A stretch of DNA of 63,955 bases, filler included, from Stramenopiles sp. TOSAG23-6 (GCA_900128565.1; 7 parts of 7 records of this genome joined end to end with filler, not necessarily neighbours in it), one strand, 5' to 3'; shown: positions 51,771 to 63,921, numbered from the whole stretch's first letter. Notes: generated by a model not told the origin, from the sequence alone. Translations and numbers: made by a program.

Positions 51771-52164
51771 TGTCTGTTTTATTTATTTTTTTATTTTTTA
51801 CAAAATTTTATTTTTTTTTTTTCATACGAAATTTTGTACCTAACAATTTTTTTTTTTTTTTTTTTTCACATCAAATAATCGCCCACACATTAGATAAATT
51901 TATCATCACTTCCAAAACATTTGCTGGTTCGATTACGGATGAGCTTTGTTTTGGTATCGAAAATAAAGTCATTGGGAGTGATGGTAGAGAGCAAATAATC
52001 ACGGTTGAAATGGATGGTTTTATGTTCGTTTCATAATTAAGTTTTTTTTTTTTTTTTTTTTTTTTNNNNNNNNNNNNNNNNNNNNNNNNNNNNNNNNNNN
52101 NNNNNNNNNTTAATTAATTAANNNNNNNNNNNNNNNNNNNNNNNNNNNNNNNNNNNNNNNNNNN

Positions 52165-52764
52165 NCAAAGAAAGCTGCAAAAAACGCCGCGAATAAGGAA
52201 GCTGCTAAAGGGACAGGAAATGACCCAAAGAATGATTCAAAGAAAGCTGCAAAAAACGCCGCGAATAAGGAAACTGACAAAGGGACAGGAAACGACCCAA
52301 ATAATGATCCAAAGAAAGCTGCAAAAAACGCCGCGAATAAGGAAGCTGCTAAAGGGACAGGAAACGACCCAAAGAATGATTCAAAGAAAGCTGCAAAAAA
52401 CGATGCGGATAAGAAAGCTGCTAAAGGGACAGGAAATGGCCCAAAGAATGGAACAAAAGAAAATGGCGAAGGGGCAGGAAAAGTAGTGAAAGTTAAAGGA
52501 CCTACGGAGGCAGCAGCAAAAGTGACTGCCAAAAAGGTAGCTGAAAACAAAAAAAAAGAAGTTGTCACACACATAGCATCCGTGGGTAGTAGTAAGGCAC
52601 CAGCAGAAAAAAATGATATTTTTATCATAACTGGTGATAATGCTTCTACCAGGAGTAAACCCACCACATTGAACCCGAATAATGACACAATGTCATTGAA
52701 CCCAAATTATGCTACATCGCCACCACTTATTCATTTAGGTGTTCCTGGTACCGGTACACCCTAA
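52165..52764 (+). CDS. Fragment of a Lys/Ala/Asn-rich protein with ~60-nt tandem repeats
   Basis: Four to five units KKAAKNAANKEAAKGTGNDPKNDS; 5' end lies in the gap. Confidence 0.55.
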   Translation, partial: XKKAAKNAANKEAAKGTGNDPKNDSKKAAKNAANKETDKGTGNDPNNDPKKAAKNAANKEAAKGTGNDPKNDSKKAAKNDADKKAAKGTGNGPKNGTKENGEGAGKVVKVKGPTEAAAKVTAKKVAENKKKEVVTHIASVGSSKAPAEKNDIFIITGDNASTRSKPTTLNPNNDTMSLNPNYATSPPLIHLGVPGTGTP

Positions 52765-53075
52765 CCACCAAAACGATAATACTAGAAAAGTGATTATTGA
52801 TTGAAAACATTCAAGTTTTTACGAGATCCAACCACAAGAGGAAGAACGAGTACATTTCGCTACATATGCATCTATAAAATGTATTTTACTATTAAAATTA
52901 TCTCAACATGTTTTTTATTCCATTCCTTCAATTTTCTCAAATCAAAATAGAAATATTATTATTTTAACAGTTCATCTATGAAGTTAAAAAAACGTGTAAA
53001 ATTTGTTTTTGTTATTTTAATTTGAAAACAATGACAAGCACATTTGTTTTAAAGTTTTCCAAACAAATTCAAACT

Positions 53076-54691
53076 CTATCCATCATTTGAACTATACACT
53101 GGTTGTTTTGGTAATCTATAGTCTTCTCTCTTTATAGCACGATCAACATGAACAGTTTGTGAAAAAGGTTGGTAAGATACTTGAAAAGGTCGACCAAGGG
53201 AATCGGCGAAGCGTCTCATTTGTGTTTTAGCATCACTCAAAGTGTCTGCTACAAAATATGTTGGTTGGTATGTTGTAATAGGATATTCTTGCATTCCAGC
53301 AACATCTGGATCCCAAGGTAAATATGTAGGAAAGTTATCTTCACCTCCAGCTGGACGCAACGCCGAGCAGGCATATTCCAATTCACCAAATGAGGATAAT
53401 AAACCTGCTCCATACGCTTTCAATGCCCCATATATTGTGAAAAAATATTTTTTTTTTTTCGTAAAAAAACAGTTTGTCAGGTACAAAACTTGGTACAAAA
53501 CAAATAAATTCGATTTTTCAATTTTGAAAATGTACATCTTGACGACATAAACCAAATTCAACAGAAAACCAGTAGCACGTTGCTAAACGTTTAATATCAG
53601 CATCACTAGCTCCCAAAGATGCAAGTCCAATTTCATGAGAAAAATCAGCAAAATCAGGATCTGCAAACATTGGAGCATGCCCAAGTAACTCATGACAAAT
53701 ATCAGGCTCTGGCGTATATAAAGGAGTTGAATGGTGCCTAATATATTGGGTAGAGAAGAAAACACGAAATGCAAGACCATTGAGAAAGTCGCGTGCTGAT
53801 AGTAATCCACCAACGGGTCTCAATTGAAATCCTGTACAGTCACGTAGAAAATCACTGTTTTGTGAAAATTTAAAACAATATATATTTTTCCGTTAGGTAC
53901 AAAATTTCGTATGAAAAAAAATCGAAATACTTTTTGTTGATGAAAACGGACCTGATATCTTGTACTTGAGGAATGTTATCTGAAGCATATCCACAATTTT
54001 TTTCCATTAATGGAAGGATGTAGTTAAACTGTTTGCATGCATAATGAGGGAGAAGTTTTCCTAATCTATCATAAACAACACCCCATGTTGCAATTTCATC
54101 TTCATTATAATCTACATAAGGTATTCTACCACCTTCACGAAAACTAAAGCCAGTAGAGTAATTCACAATTTCTTTTCGACGTTGACGATATTTTTCATCT
54201 GTGAAACCAGGATGGTCTGCTTCAAGATCAACACCAGCATCAAGCGTTTCATTGGCAAATTGATCAAGATCTTCCAGTTTTCGTGGGAACCATGGTACAA
54301 GTTGAGGTTCTTCTTCTTCTATTTTGGGACAGACTCTTTTCAAGTCATTTAGCAACTGCTCTGCACGGGAAGGTTCCTGAACTCTAAAGTCTACGTGAAA
54401 GTTGTAAGATGCAGAGTTTGCGATCTTTGTAGGTCGCGACTCTATTCGAGTCATTGTGATTGAATTAGAACGAAAAATTTTTAATACCTCTTCCAATGCA
54501 CCAGGCTTGTTCGCAGAAGTTTGGAAAACAATACTTCTCTTTGAACTTTCGTTGGGTTTAGAGAATCTTTGTTGTGCTGAACTTCCTCCACGTGCAGAGC
54601 TGCCAGACTTTTTCGTATGGCCGCTACATAGGGAACGCGTAAAAGTATTGTACAATCGCATTGCACGGAATCGTTTAAAGATCATCGACAT
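53076..54691 (-). CDS. PAH: Phenylalanine 4-hydroxylase (ACT + biopterin-dependent aromatic amino-acid hydroxylase), 3 exons
   Basis: [65 protein letters not shown]. Introns 53855-53951 (GT..AG) and 53430-53535 (GT..AT). Confidence 0.95.
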
Positions 54692-55008
54692 TATGAGTAG
54701 TGTTTTTAAAGAAACCGGACCGGTCGTCGCACTCGGCACTCTCAGTTTAATACTGTCTCTCCAGGTAGCATACGCTGCAGTGCTGTCATATTTTAGCTAT
54801 ATTCCGCTTCTTGATTTGATTAGCCGATAGGTACGAAAATTCATAGCAAAAAATACAGAAAGATTTTTGAAAAATTCTTTGTACTACTGTCTCTCTACTA
54901 GCTACTAGGATCTCTTTCTATTTTTACAGACTTACTAGTTTTTATCTCAACTGAAAAAGTAAGTTACTTAATGGTATTCGTGTATTCTTTGTACGCCTGC
55001 ATATAATA

Positions 55009-57129
55009 ATGAGACTAAGTGGCTTACTTCAGCAACGCATTCCTAGAAAAACGTCCGGTAGAAAGTCTCCCGAATTTATCGAGGGACGCAAAACAGCTTT
55101 TAAAGATGTATTTGTAGGTTTTTTGGCAATCCTTTGCACTTGGTCAGCGGCTTCTTTGATTGCACTTGATTTTGCTACGCTTTTGCCTACCCAACTTTCT
55201 CCATTCTTACTTCTTGTGCAAGCGCCACTCGATGCTGCTTCATACTTATCACTGACTTGTGCCGCACCAGTTGCACACATATTAGGGGTACTACTCATAA
55301 AGGAGTACAAGTTTTATAATCCGCTCGGAGGCGGACAAACGTTTGTATACATGCAGGCTGCAGGTTGGAGTGCTTATGGAATTGGTTTATTTTTTGTAGG
55401 GGTTGATAGTATACGGCAGTTTTGTAAGTTTTCAAGTCTGTGTCAATCAGACTTGTGCATTACTTGTACCGTATATTCTATATTCTACATTCAATTGTTA
55501 CACTTCTGTATGACGTCGCTATGTATTTATTTCTTTTATAATTGAAACATTTACACATTATATCCAGGATTCATCATATTCCTTGCTCTCGTTTTAGCTA
55601 CTGGAAATACGCTAATCATTTGGAGTTTATATATGATTCAACCAATCACTTCTAATGAAGGACAAGTTCAAGAAAAAAAACAGCGGTCCCGGGAAAGGTT
55701 CCGTTCAAGGTCTCTTTCTCCACCGCCTCTTTCATTTTTACTGCGAGAAACTAAATCTAAACTAGAAATGAATGTCCCAAAAAAATATGAACATTTAAAA
55801 GTGGAGCAAAAACGAAAGGCTGCGGAGAGAAAATTGGTTTTTGATTGTACAATAATGTATGTTTTATTTTTTTCAATTTTGAGTTTTTTTTCATACTGAA
55901 TTTTGTACCTAATGTTTTTTTTTGAAATATTTTCCAAAATACAGGATATTTGGTATGTGCGGAATCGTTGGAGCTATTTTGAAATCCCATCCTCATATAG
56001 AGTTACGTAGTGAAAGGGATTATATATTCGGTGATGGTGATCAAATGGAACTTCCATTTTGTGAAAAACCTTATGCATGGAGTGGAACGATAGCACAGCT
56101 ACCATCTTTTGTATTACATTTACCATATGTACCAGTGATGATTCTATTATATAAATTATTTGCGTGGAACTTTTTGAACAAAAACAAAAAGGACTCCAAA
56201 AACACGAAACAAACGAAACATACCAAAAACCCTAACGCAAACATTGTTTCTTGTAATTATTTGATACCGTTTAATTTGAATGGAGACCAACTTGAGTTTG
56301 TATTTGGTTTGATATGCTTTCAGATATGGACCTCTATTGGTCACATTGTTGCCAATCCTAGATCACTTCATGCACGTTTTCATGATGAATTTTAGATTGT
56401 TTTTTTCGTACCCAATTTTGTATCTAACGAGTTTTTTTTACTAAAAACAAATATTTTTTCACAGTACATATACAAGAATCGTCAATATGTATCAGTTTGT
56501 TCATTCTTCGGGCTTTTATGAATTCGTTATCTTCATTACCTAGTGATAAAATAAGTAAGAAAATTATGGTGAAAATATTAGTATATATGTTAAGCAGCTA
56601 TAATTTATTTGGCCTTATGCCAACGATAATATTTCCAGGTATTGTACGTTTTCAACATTGAATTTGAATTTTTTTTTTCCTAGAGATTTTCGTACCTAAT
56701 GAATTCATTTCAAATTCGACATAAGTTTTCACAATACGTGTCATGGTATCTGCTCTATTTTTTATGGTTGGTTCCGATAATTGTAATAACTGTCGGACTG
56801 ATATCACAATGAAAAAAACGTATCAAGAAAATAATGATAGAAACAAAATGAAAAGTGGTACTATTATTACACCGAAATTCTTCCGCGTAGGTGCTTTGAT
56901 GCCTGAGCTAACTAATTTAGGAAAAGTCGCAATATTAGGGCTTCTTTCTTTTTCAATTGTAATATTAGTACTTGAAGTCGAATTGTGTGAGACTTTATTA
57001 GAAATAGCTCCAAATATATCTTGGCATGCACCTTTTGATTTTGTATTTTGGCAAATATTTTGGGTTCAAGTTTTAATTATTTGTTTGTCGAAACCAGGAA
57101 GTGTGTGGCGAAAAAAAATAAAAAGATAA
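55009..57129 (+). CDS. Multi-pass membrane protein, multi-exon; C-terminal half loosely ceramidase/CREST-like
   Basis: Many TM segments; FCE, S.IGH and WH motifs. Introns ending AG, AG, AT (GC start) and GT. Confidence 0.45.
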
Positions 57130-57372
57130 TAACAATAATGGTTTATAGTTTTTTACTAATAATTTCGGAAGTACTTTAGTAAATACCGATACCTGGTATA
57201 TACGAAAGTCTGTACCAAAATTTATTTCCTGTAGAGAAGAGAGCGAGAGAAGAGCGAGAGAGAAAATTTAAAAGGGAGAAAAGACTGAGTTCCTAAAAAT
57301 ATCTACATTGAAAGCTCTTAAGGTTGTTGAATAGTGCTACCCAGCTATTTTCTCCATTGTATATAATAGAAC

Positions 57373-58191
57373 ATGACATCGATTACTAGTGCAGCTGTTA
57401 CAGGTTCTCTTGCCGGTGCGTTTCATGCTTTAACGGGGATTGACCATGTAGCTGCTTTATTGCCAATGACAATAGGGAAATCGTGTCTACGAGCTGCTTT
57501 CATTGGTGCAAGATGGGCTTTAGGTCATGGTTTAGGTGTCGCTCTTTTCGGTTTCATTGCATTAGTCTTAAAAGCATTATTTCCTGCTAGTTTAGGTGGC
57601 GATTCTTCTTTTATTCAGTCCATATCAAAGTACATGGAAATCGTAGTTGGAGTTATGCTTATCTTTATTGGTTTTACGGGCTATCGAGAAAGTGTAGAAA
57701 TAATTCGTCAAATAAAGCAAAAAAGGAATGATATTGATGAAGATTCTACGTCGCTGCTAAGTGTTGGTGACAGTTATATTCATAATAAGCCTAGAAAATA
57801 TGATGAAAAAGATATAGAAATACAGAAACACTCTTCACTTTGTTTATGTTCTTTGAAGAAAGAAAAAAAGTCTCATGTTGTTGATTCCTCAGCAAATACT
57901 TTACTTACTACTGGAATAGTACATGGCTGTGCTGGGAGTGGTCACCTCTTAGGTGTTATCCCTGCATTGATGTTGCCTATAATGGGTTCTATTGTGTATT
58001 TGATATTTTTTTGCGTGTTTTGTTGCATAGCAATGTCTGTTTTTACTTCATTATTAGGTGAGTTGACAATATATATTGGAAAGTTTGACGACTCTTCGAT
58101 GTTATTGGGAACTCTCACAATGTATAGTTCAATTATAGCAATAATTATTGGAATGTCATGGGTTATTTATGGCATCAATCTTGTATTGTAG
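57373..58191 (+). CDS. Nickel/cobalt-transporter-like membrane protein (UreH/NiCoT-related)
   Basis: GAFHALTGIDHVAAL, GARWALGHG and GIVHGCAG motifs. Confidence 0.8.
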   Translation: MTSITSAAVTGSLAGAFHALTGIDHVAALLPMTIGKSCLRAAFIGARWALGHGLGVALFGFIALVLKALFPASLGGDSSFIQSISKYMEIVVGVMLIFIGFTGYRESVEIIRQIKQKRNDIDEDSTSLLSVGDSYIHNKPRKYDEKDIEIQKHSSLCLCSLKKEKKSHVVDSSANTLLTTGIVHGCAGSGHLLGVIPALMLPIMGSIVYLIFFCVFCCIAMSVFTSLLGELTIYIGKFDDSSMLLGTLTMYSSIIAIIIGMSWVIYGINLVL

Positions 58192-58225
58192 AAAAAAAAA
58201 AGTAAATAAAAAAGTTGATAAGAAT

Positions 58226-60439
58226 TTATTTGCCATTTGTCATTAGTAATAAGACAGCCCTAGTTCTATCGGGTATAGGTTTCCGTGCACAAACTATAAA
58301 AAATGCATTCGGTGGAAGTTTACTTTGAACAAGTCGAATTTTTGCGGCCAGACTTTTTGTTTTCTCATTATATTTAGAAGATTGACTACAAAAGTTACTT
58401 GAAGAGATACTACTACTTTCATGAGTAAAACTAGAATTATTAGACTGACCACCAGACAAGCAACATGATATGAACCGTGGGACAGCGACTGTACTTAAAT
58501 TATTTTGTTGTAACATTTTTAATGTATACTGAATTGTTGATTGGTCGTTAGTACATTCTTGAATTCTTGCTGGCGATTCTTTATGAATTTTTAGATCACA
58601 CTTATTACTTGATATAACTAAGCATTCAGAAGAACTACCAGAGGTAACATTGGAACTACTTATTACTTTTGGTTTAAATATCATTTCGCATAAGGACATT
58701 TTTGGCTTATTCGTTCCATTGGCAGAACCGAAAGAGGAACCATACTTCATTTTCTTCTTAACTAAGTCTAGAGCCGCTATTGCATCTTCTGAACTACAGT
58801 GTCCCAGAGAACCATGATTTTGTATTATTCGATCTAAATGCGTTTTACTTAGCCATAAAAAGTGAAGAAATATTTGAGTTTTTTTTTTTGTTAGGTATGA
58901 AATTTACTATAAAAAAAATTTGAAAAAATTTTGAAAAAAAAAATCAAACATACAACGGAGACTACTTTTGTATTGACCTAATCGAGCATGAGGATAAATG
59001 ATGGCAGTGTCAATCACTTTATTATGAACTAAATGTAAGGCTTTGAAGTCACATTCTAGAGAGTGGCCAATAATAATTGTACTTGCAGTTAGAATTGGTG
59101 ATTTTTCTGATTTTGTTGTAGTTAGAATTGGTGATTTTTCTGATTTTGTTGTAGCTGCTGCTATTGGTTTTTGTGATGTCTCTGCAATTTGTCCCGTCAG
59201 TTGAAATTGTACATCTTTCAAAGTTGTTGAAACACCACTCAGCATTTCTTTTGTAATTCCACTATATTGCGTCAAATAATCAGTTATGGTATGTTGTGGT
59301 AAAAAAAATTCCAAAGTGTAAAAAAATCGTTAGGTACAATATTTCGTACGAAAAAATAAAACAAAAAATGAAAATTAAAAAAGTACATGTTGTGGTATTA
59401 CATAAGTATCATATATAACATTTCCATACCAATCTACTACAGTAACACGAGCTAACTCATGGCCATGATCAGTCATAACCATCTCGCAATCTAATGCTAC
59501 TATTTTGTCAAAATTAAATGTATCATCCGAAAGATCTTTCTTAACTGTTGTTTTAGATAAATCATCAACTTCTTGAACTGTACTGACATAACCATGTGGA
59601 ATTTTAGGCACATTATTCTTAGTGTATTTAAAAGTAGGATATTCATTCTCTTTAAGTTGTTTATCCGTCATGAGAAAATTTGACGCCGGGAATGAATATT
59701 CAAGACTAACTTTCAACTTTGCTCTAAGTTTCTCTTTTTCACAAGTTTTCGCTTCACAAATAAGTTTTTGCATTACTTCTTTTTTCTTTTGTTTTTGTTC
59801 ACGTCGTAATAAAGCTGCTTTTGCCATTTCAGATTGATATAATTTCTCTATTGATTTCAATTTCTGTTTATCAATAACACACAGTATCGAAGAAGAGAGT
59901 CGTGGAATGTTCTTGTCACTAGTATTACGCCGCTTCAAACGAAGGTTCAGTGCAGAGCAAGTAGGTAAATTATGCAGTGCATAATCCCAATTTTTTCCAA
60001 TTGATGAAGCCCAACTGGATATCTCGTCTCCACCATCTTCAATTGTCATTACTACAATAGTGCTTAGTATAGGAATATTTTTCGCAATGATCCACTTTGG
60101 CATTTGACCAAGTGAGGCTGTGAGAAGCCACTTTAACAAGTTCTGTAGGTCATGCGTAGATATCGTCCACGGTTCTAAATGATTACCCTTTATAAGCATT
60201 TTCCGCTTTAATTCAAAATTAAATCCAATGAGTGGTGTGCCCGCAGGAGAGGTTGGAATACCGTTGGAACGGAAATAGTCAGTACTTTGTAATATAGCTA
60301 TGTCTTTTGTTTTCGTCGTTCCATCGCGAAATCTTTTGGCTGCACGCTTTGCTTTAGCTGATGGGTTCGGGGGCTCTTTACGCTTTAGCAAAACTGGCTC
60401 ATCACAGAATCGAACACCATCAGATGGTTTAGTGGTCAT
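58226..60439 (-). CDS. DEDDh RNA exonuclease (REXO1/Rex1-like), 3 exons
   Basis: ALDCEMV, ELARVTVVD, DYLTQYSGIT, IIGHSLECDF, VIDT, SLRWLS, GHCSSEDA. Introns 59291-59386 and ~58855-58953, both GT..AT. Confidence 0.92.
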
Positions 60440-60727
60440 TTCGCAATACTTGAGTTTATGAACCCTTGCTGTTAGCGTCAATTGGGCTAGATGGTAAGGT
60501 ACTGTCGTAGCCGTGGTAACTGGGTACTGTCAGTCGATTATTGCTGCTGACTAGACGGAATCGAAAAGTGCAAAAGCACGAAATCTTTTTTTTTCATTTT
60601 TTTCGAAATCGTGAAGATACGATTTAGATTTGATCTCAAGTTAGATTTCAAGATACGTTCGTTATTATCGTATCCAAAAATACCACAAGAGTGAGTGAGC
60701 GGAAAAATATTTTAAAACACGCTCATC

Positions 60728-61691
60728 ATGCTTTTAAAACTTATAACCGTTGCGACATTCGCTACATTATCATGTTATGCGTAAGTCATACACGTAAACA
60801 ATTTATCCTGATTTTTTATCCGTATTTGTGTTTCAGAATCCTTCAACTTAGTTAAATTATTTCTTCAATTCAAGTTTACACGACTATATCTCATAATTAT
60901 ATTTAAACTTATATTGCATTCAACATAGGGTCAATGAAAGTGATATGGTATATCGAACATTAAAACCTGGGGAAGAAAACGGTTCACTTGGTGCAACTCC
61001 ACATGCACCCAAAGCAGTAAAAACAAAAGTAAGTGCTAGTGATAATGCTAGTGCCACTTCTGGTGTTTCTGTTGCAAGTGGTGCAAGTGGTGCAAGTGGT
61101 GCAAGTGGTGCAAGTGGTGCAAGTGCCAAATCTGGTGGTTCTGATGCAAGTGGTGCAAGTGGTGCAAGTGGTGGTTCTGATGCTACGCTTTCAGACCGTA
61201 TTTTATCTGTCCTAAGAAACATTCTTCTTCGTAAATTCCTCATACATTAGACAAATTACTCACCTCATATATAGATATACATATCATACACGTACAGTTT
61301 ACAAAGAACAAGTCACGGAGGCTCGTATATTATCTTTCACGCATTTTATTTATCGTTTTCTACGGATATTTTTCGGTAAAACAATCAATACTCATATTTA
61401 TTTTATTTTCATATAAAAAACAACTTAGAAGAAAGCCTCAAAGCTTCACAGGAAATTTCGGCTTTAAGAGGTCAGCCTTCTGCTGCTGCTAGTGGTGGTT
61501 CTGGTTCTTCTGGTGAAGGCGCAAGTGGTTCTTCTGCTTCTGGTGGTTCTGGTTCTTCTGGTGAAGGCGCAAGTGGTCCTTCTGCTTCTGGTGGTTCTGG
61601 TTCTTCTGGTGAAGGCGGTGGTTCTGGTTCTTCTGGTGAAGGCGCAAGCGGTCCTTCTGCTTCTGGTGGTTCTGGTCCTGCTTCGAGTTGA
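60728..61691 (+). CDS. Secreted low-complexity Ser/Gly/Ala-rich protein, multi-exon
   Basis: Signal-peptide-like exon ending in gtaagt. ASG 9-nt repeats (61070-61170) and SGGSGSSGEGA repeats (61490-61680). Confidence 0.5.
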
Positions 61692-62583
61692 CCGTCTTGC
61701 TCTTGGACATACTGGTGGTGTTTTTGGTGCAATTGTAACTCTATTATCCAGAAATGTTATTCGGTGTCGTTTTATTCATTGGTTGTTTACGTAAAATTTG
61801 TAACTTTTTATGATAAAACAATCTGAAAAATATGAAATTTTCTTTTTTCTTAATCCTTTGTGGATGTGTTTCTTCTTTTCGTAGAAGTTTTTTCATACTT
61901 GCTCAACCTAATGATGCATGTTTGTCTATATTGAGTCCCCTCCTTTTGACAAAACTTGTTTTTGTCAAATCTTGCTGTACACTATGCCTGAAGATTTTAT
62001 GTAAAACTTCCTTTCATTTTTTGTGTGATTTCATTTAGTTATACTTATTTTCGTTTAAAGAAATAATACTTATTCAGGATTTTTCTTAATATAGATCTTT
62101 TACTTCACTGAACAAAAACTGTTAAATCAATAAAAGGAACCTACATCTCCCGGTACAATAAACTAAAAATATGTTTTAAGTTTTTTATCGTGTTTCTTCT
62201 GGAGCTCCACTATACCCATGCGTCAAACAAATCGACGTGACGTTTTCGTCGTTTTCGTGTTGTGCCACGCTTTTGACAGATTTTGATGAAATTTCATAGC
62301 AAATTTTGTATGTAATTTCATTTTTTGTTTTTTTTCATAAGAAAATTTGTAGGTAAAAATATTTCAAATTATTTTTGTCTTCAAATTAAATAAAAATGTT
62401 CCATTAGGGTTAATTTTAAGACAAAAATAATTTGAAATATTTTTACCTACAAATTTTCTTATGAAAAAAAAATAAAAAATGAANNNNNNNNNNNNNNNNN
62501 NNNNNNNNNNNNNNNNNNNNNNNNNNNTTAATTAATTAANNNNNNNNNNNNNNNNNNNNNNNNNNNNNNNNNNNNNNNNNNNN

Positions 62584-62773
62584 GAAGTTTTTCTAGTAAA
62601 TCAGAACCGATTGCATTGAACGCTGTATCCTGGTTACTCCCCGTAACTAAGGACGTAAAAGAATTGCTATTGTTTTTTACCCATTCTGGAATCTCATTGT
62701 TGAATGAACCGGGTCGAACACGTACGTAAACTGATACCATATTTGTCTTTTTGGTCTTTTTTGTCTTTTTCAT
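62584..62773 (-). CDS. N-terminal fragment of a kinesin motor domain
   Basis: VSVYVRVRP...SNQDTAFNAIGSDLL; cut by the contig end. Confidence 0.6.
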
Positions 62774-63170
62774 GATATGATGTACTAGTAGAGTTTTCTT
62801 TTTACATATCTACAACTGTGTGAAATGTCTTTCTGTGTTTTATATATATTGTATGGTACCTATAAGATACACGTACTCTGTTAAATGGTGGTTTGTATTT
62901 ATAAATTGTACTGTAAATACAAGGAGATAAAAATAAAATATATTCAATATTGTTGTGGGTATGTTAATAGGCTAGGCCTATGTCTCTCTCTATTCTCTCT
63001 CTTTTGCCATCACATCATCTTTCTTCTTTGACTTGTTGGACAGTTACTTTTTTAAGATACCCGGTTCCCTTGGTCTTTGAGTCACCAACGAAAAAAAAAA
63101 ATGCAAAAAGGAAAATTTTCAAAAATTTTCAAAAAATTAAACTTTTATACAAAAACTAAATCTTAATTTC

Positions 63171-63504
63171 TTAAATACGTTCAGAAAAATACACAACGAC
63201 AACAGTGATATCTTCAATATTATGCTTCCTTAATTTTGCATTTGCTTTTGCACCTTGTACTAAAGCAGTGACGGCATATTTTGTGAAAAAAAAAAACATT
63301 ACATTTTGTTAGGTACAAAATTTCGTACCAAAAAAAAATTAAAATTTTTACATTGAAATTCATGATAAAAATGTACATGCTCTGGTTTAATATAACTTCC
63401 AACTATATTGCAAACTGTTTCCATAGTCATATATTGTAAAAGAGCATGTTTTGTAAAGATATATACAAAAAAATACAATGTTTTTATTAGGTACGAAATT
63501 TTGT

Positions 63505-63551
<47 letters not shown>

Positions 63552-63770
63552 TGTGACTTGAACAATTTTCAATTTTCAATTTTCAATTAAAAAAAAAAAT
63601 TGAAATTTTTGGAAATTAAAATCTTTCAACAATACAATTATTGAAACTAAACAATGAAGTGTAAACAAAAAAAAATGAATTGTAAAAAACGAACATGCGT
63701 GCTACACACAAGAAATCGATCCTGGACCAAAAGTTTTCTCTTTACAACACAAGGGTCTGAAATAATACCT
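63171..63770 (-). CDS. C-terminal part of a PP2C(PPM)-like domain with degenerate metal-binding residues
   Basis: Spliced: IISDPCVV...DRFLVCSTH|ALLQYMTMETVCNIV...H|AVTALVQGA...EDITVVVVYF*. Introns 63446-63694 and 63276-63376 (GT..AT). Confidence 0.65.
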
Positions 63771-63889
63771 AGAATATAAATAATATTTTTTTTTTTTTTT
63801 TTTTTTTTTTTTGGTATGAAATTTCGTAAAAAAAAAAAAAAAAATTTTTTTTTTTTTTTTTTGTATGAAATTTTTTTTGAAAATTTTTT

Positions 63890-63921
<32 letters not shown>

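Noticed and set aside
278-59400. Recurring peptides [18 protein letters not shown] and FFVRNFVPN in many ORFs, as a shared protein motif
   Set aside because: They are the three reading frames of the intron core, read through by the ORF finder.
9624-60439. Interrupted genes as transposon-killed pseudogenes
   Set aside because: Exons on both sides keep catalytic motifs and frame in genes such as Rab7, PAH and the exonuclease. Precise removal is more parsimonious, though unproven without RNA.
10394-62539. ~10.4-kb periodic TTAATTAATTAA motif, and gene clustering across it
   Set aside because: Artificial linker between size-sorted contigs.
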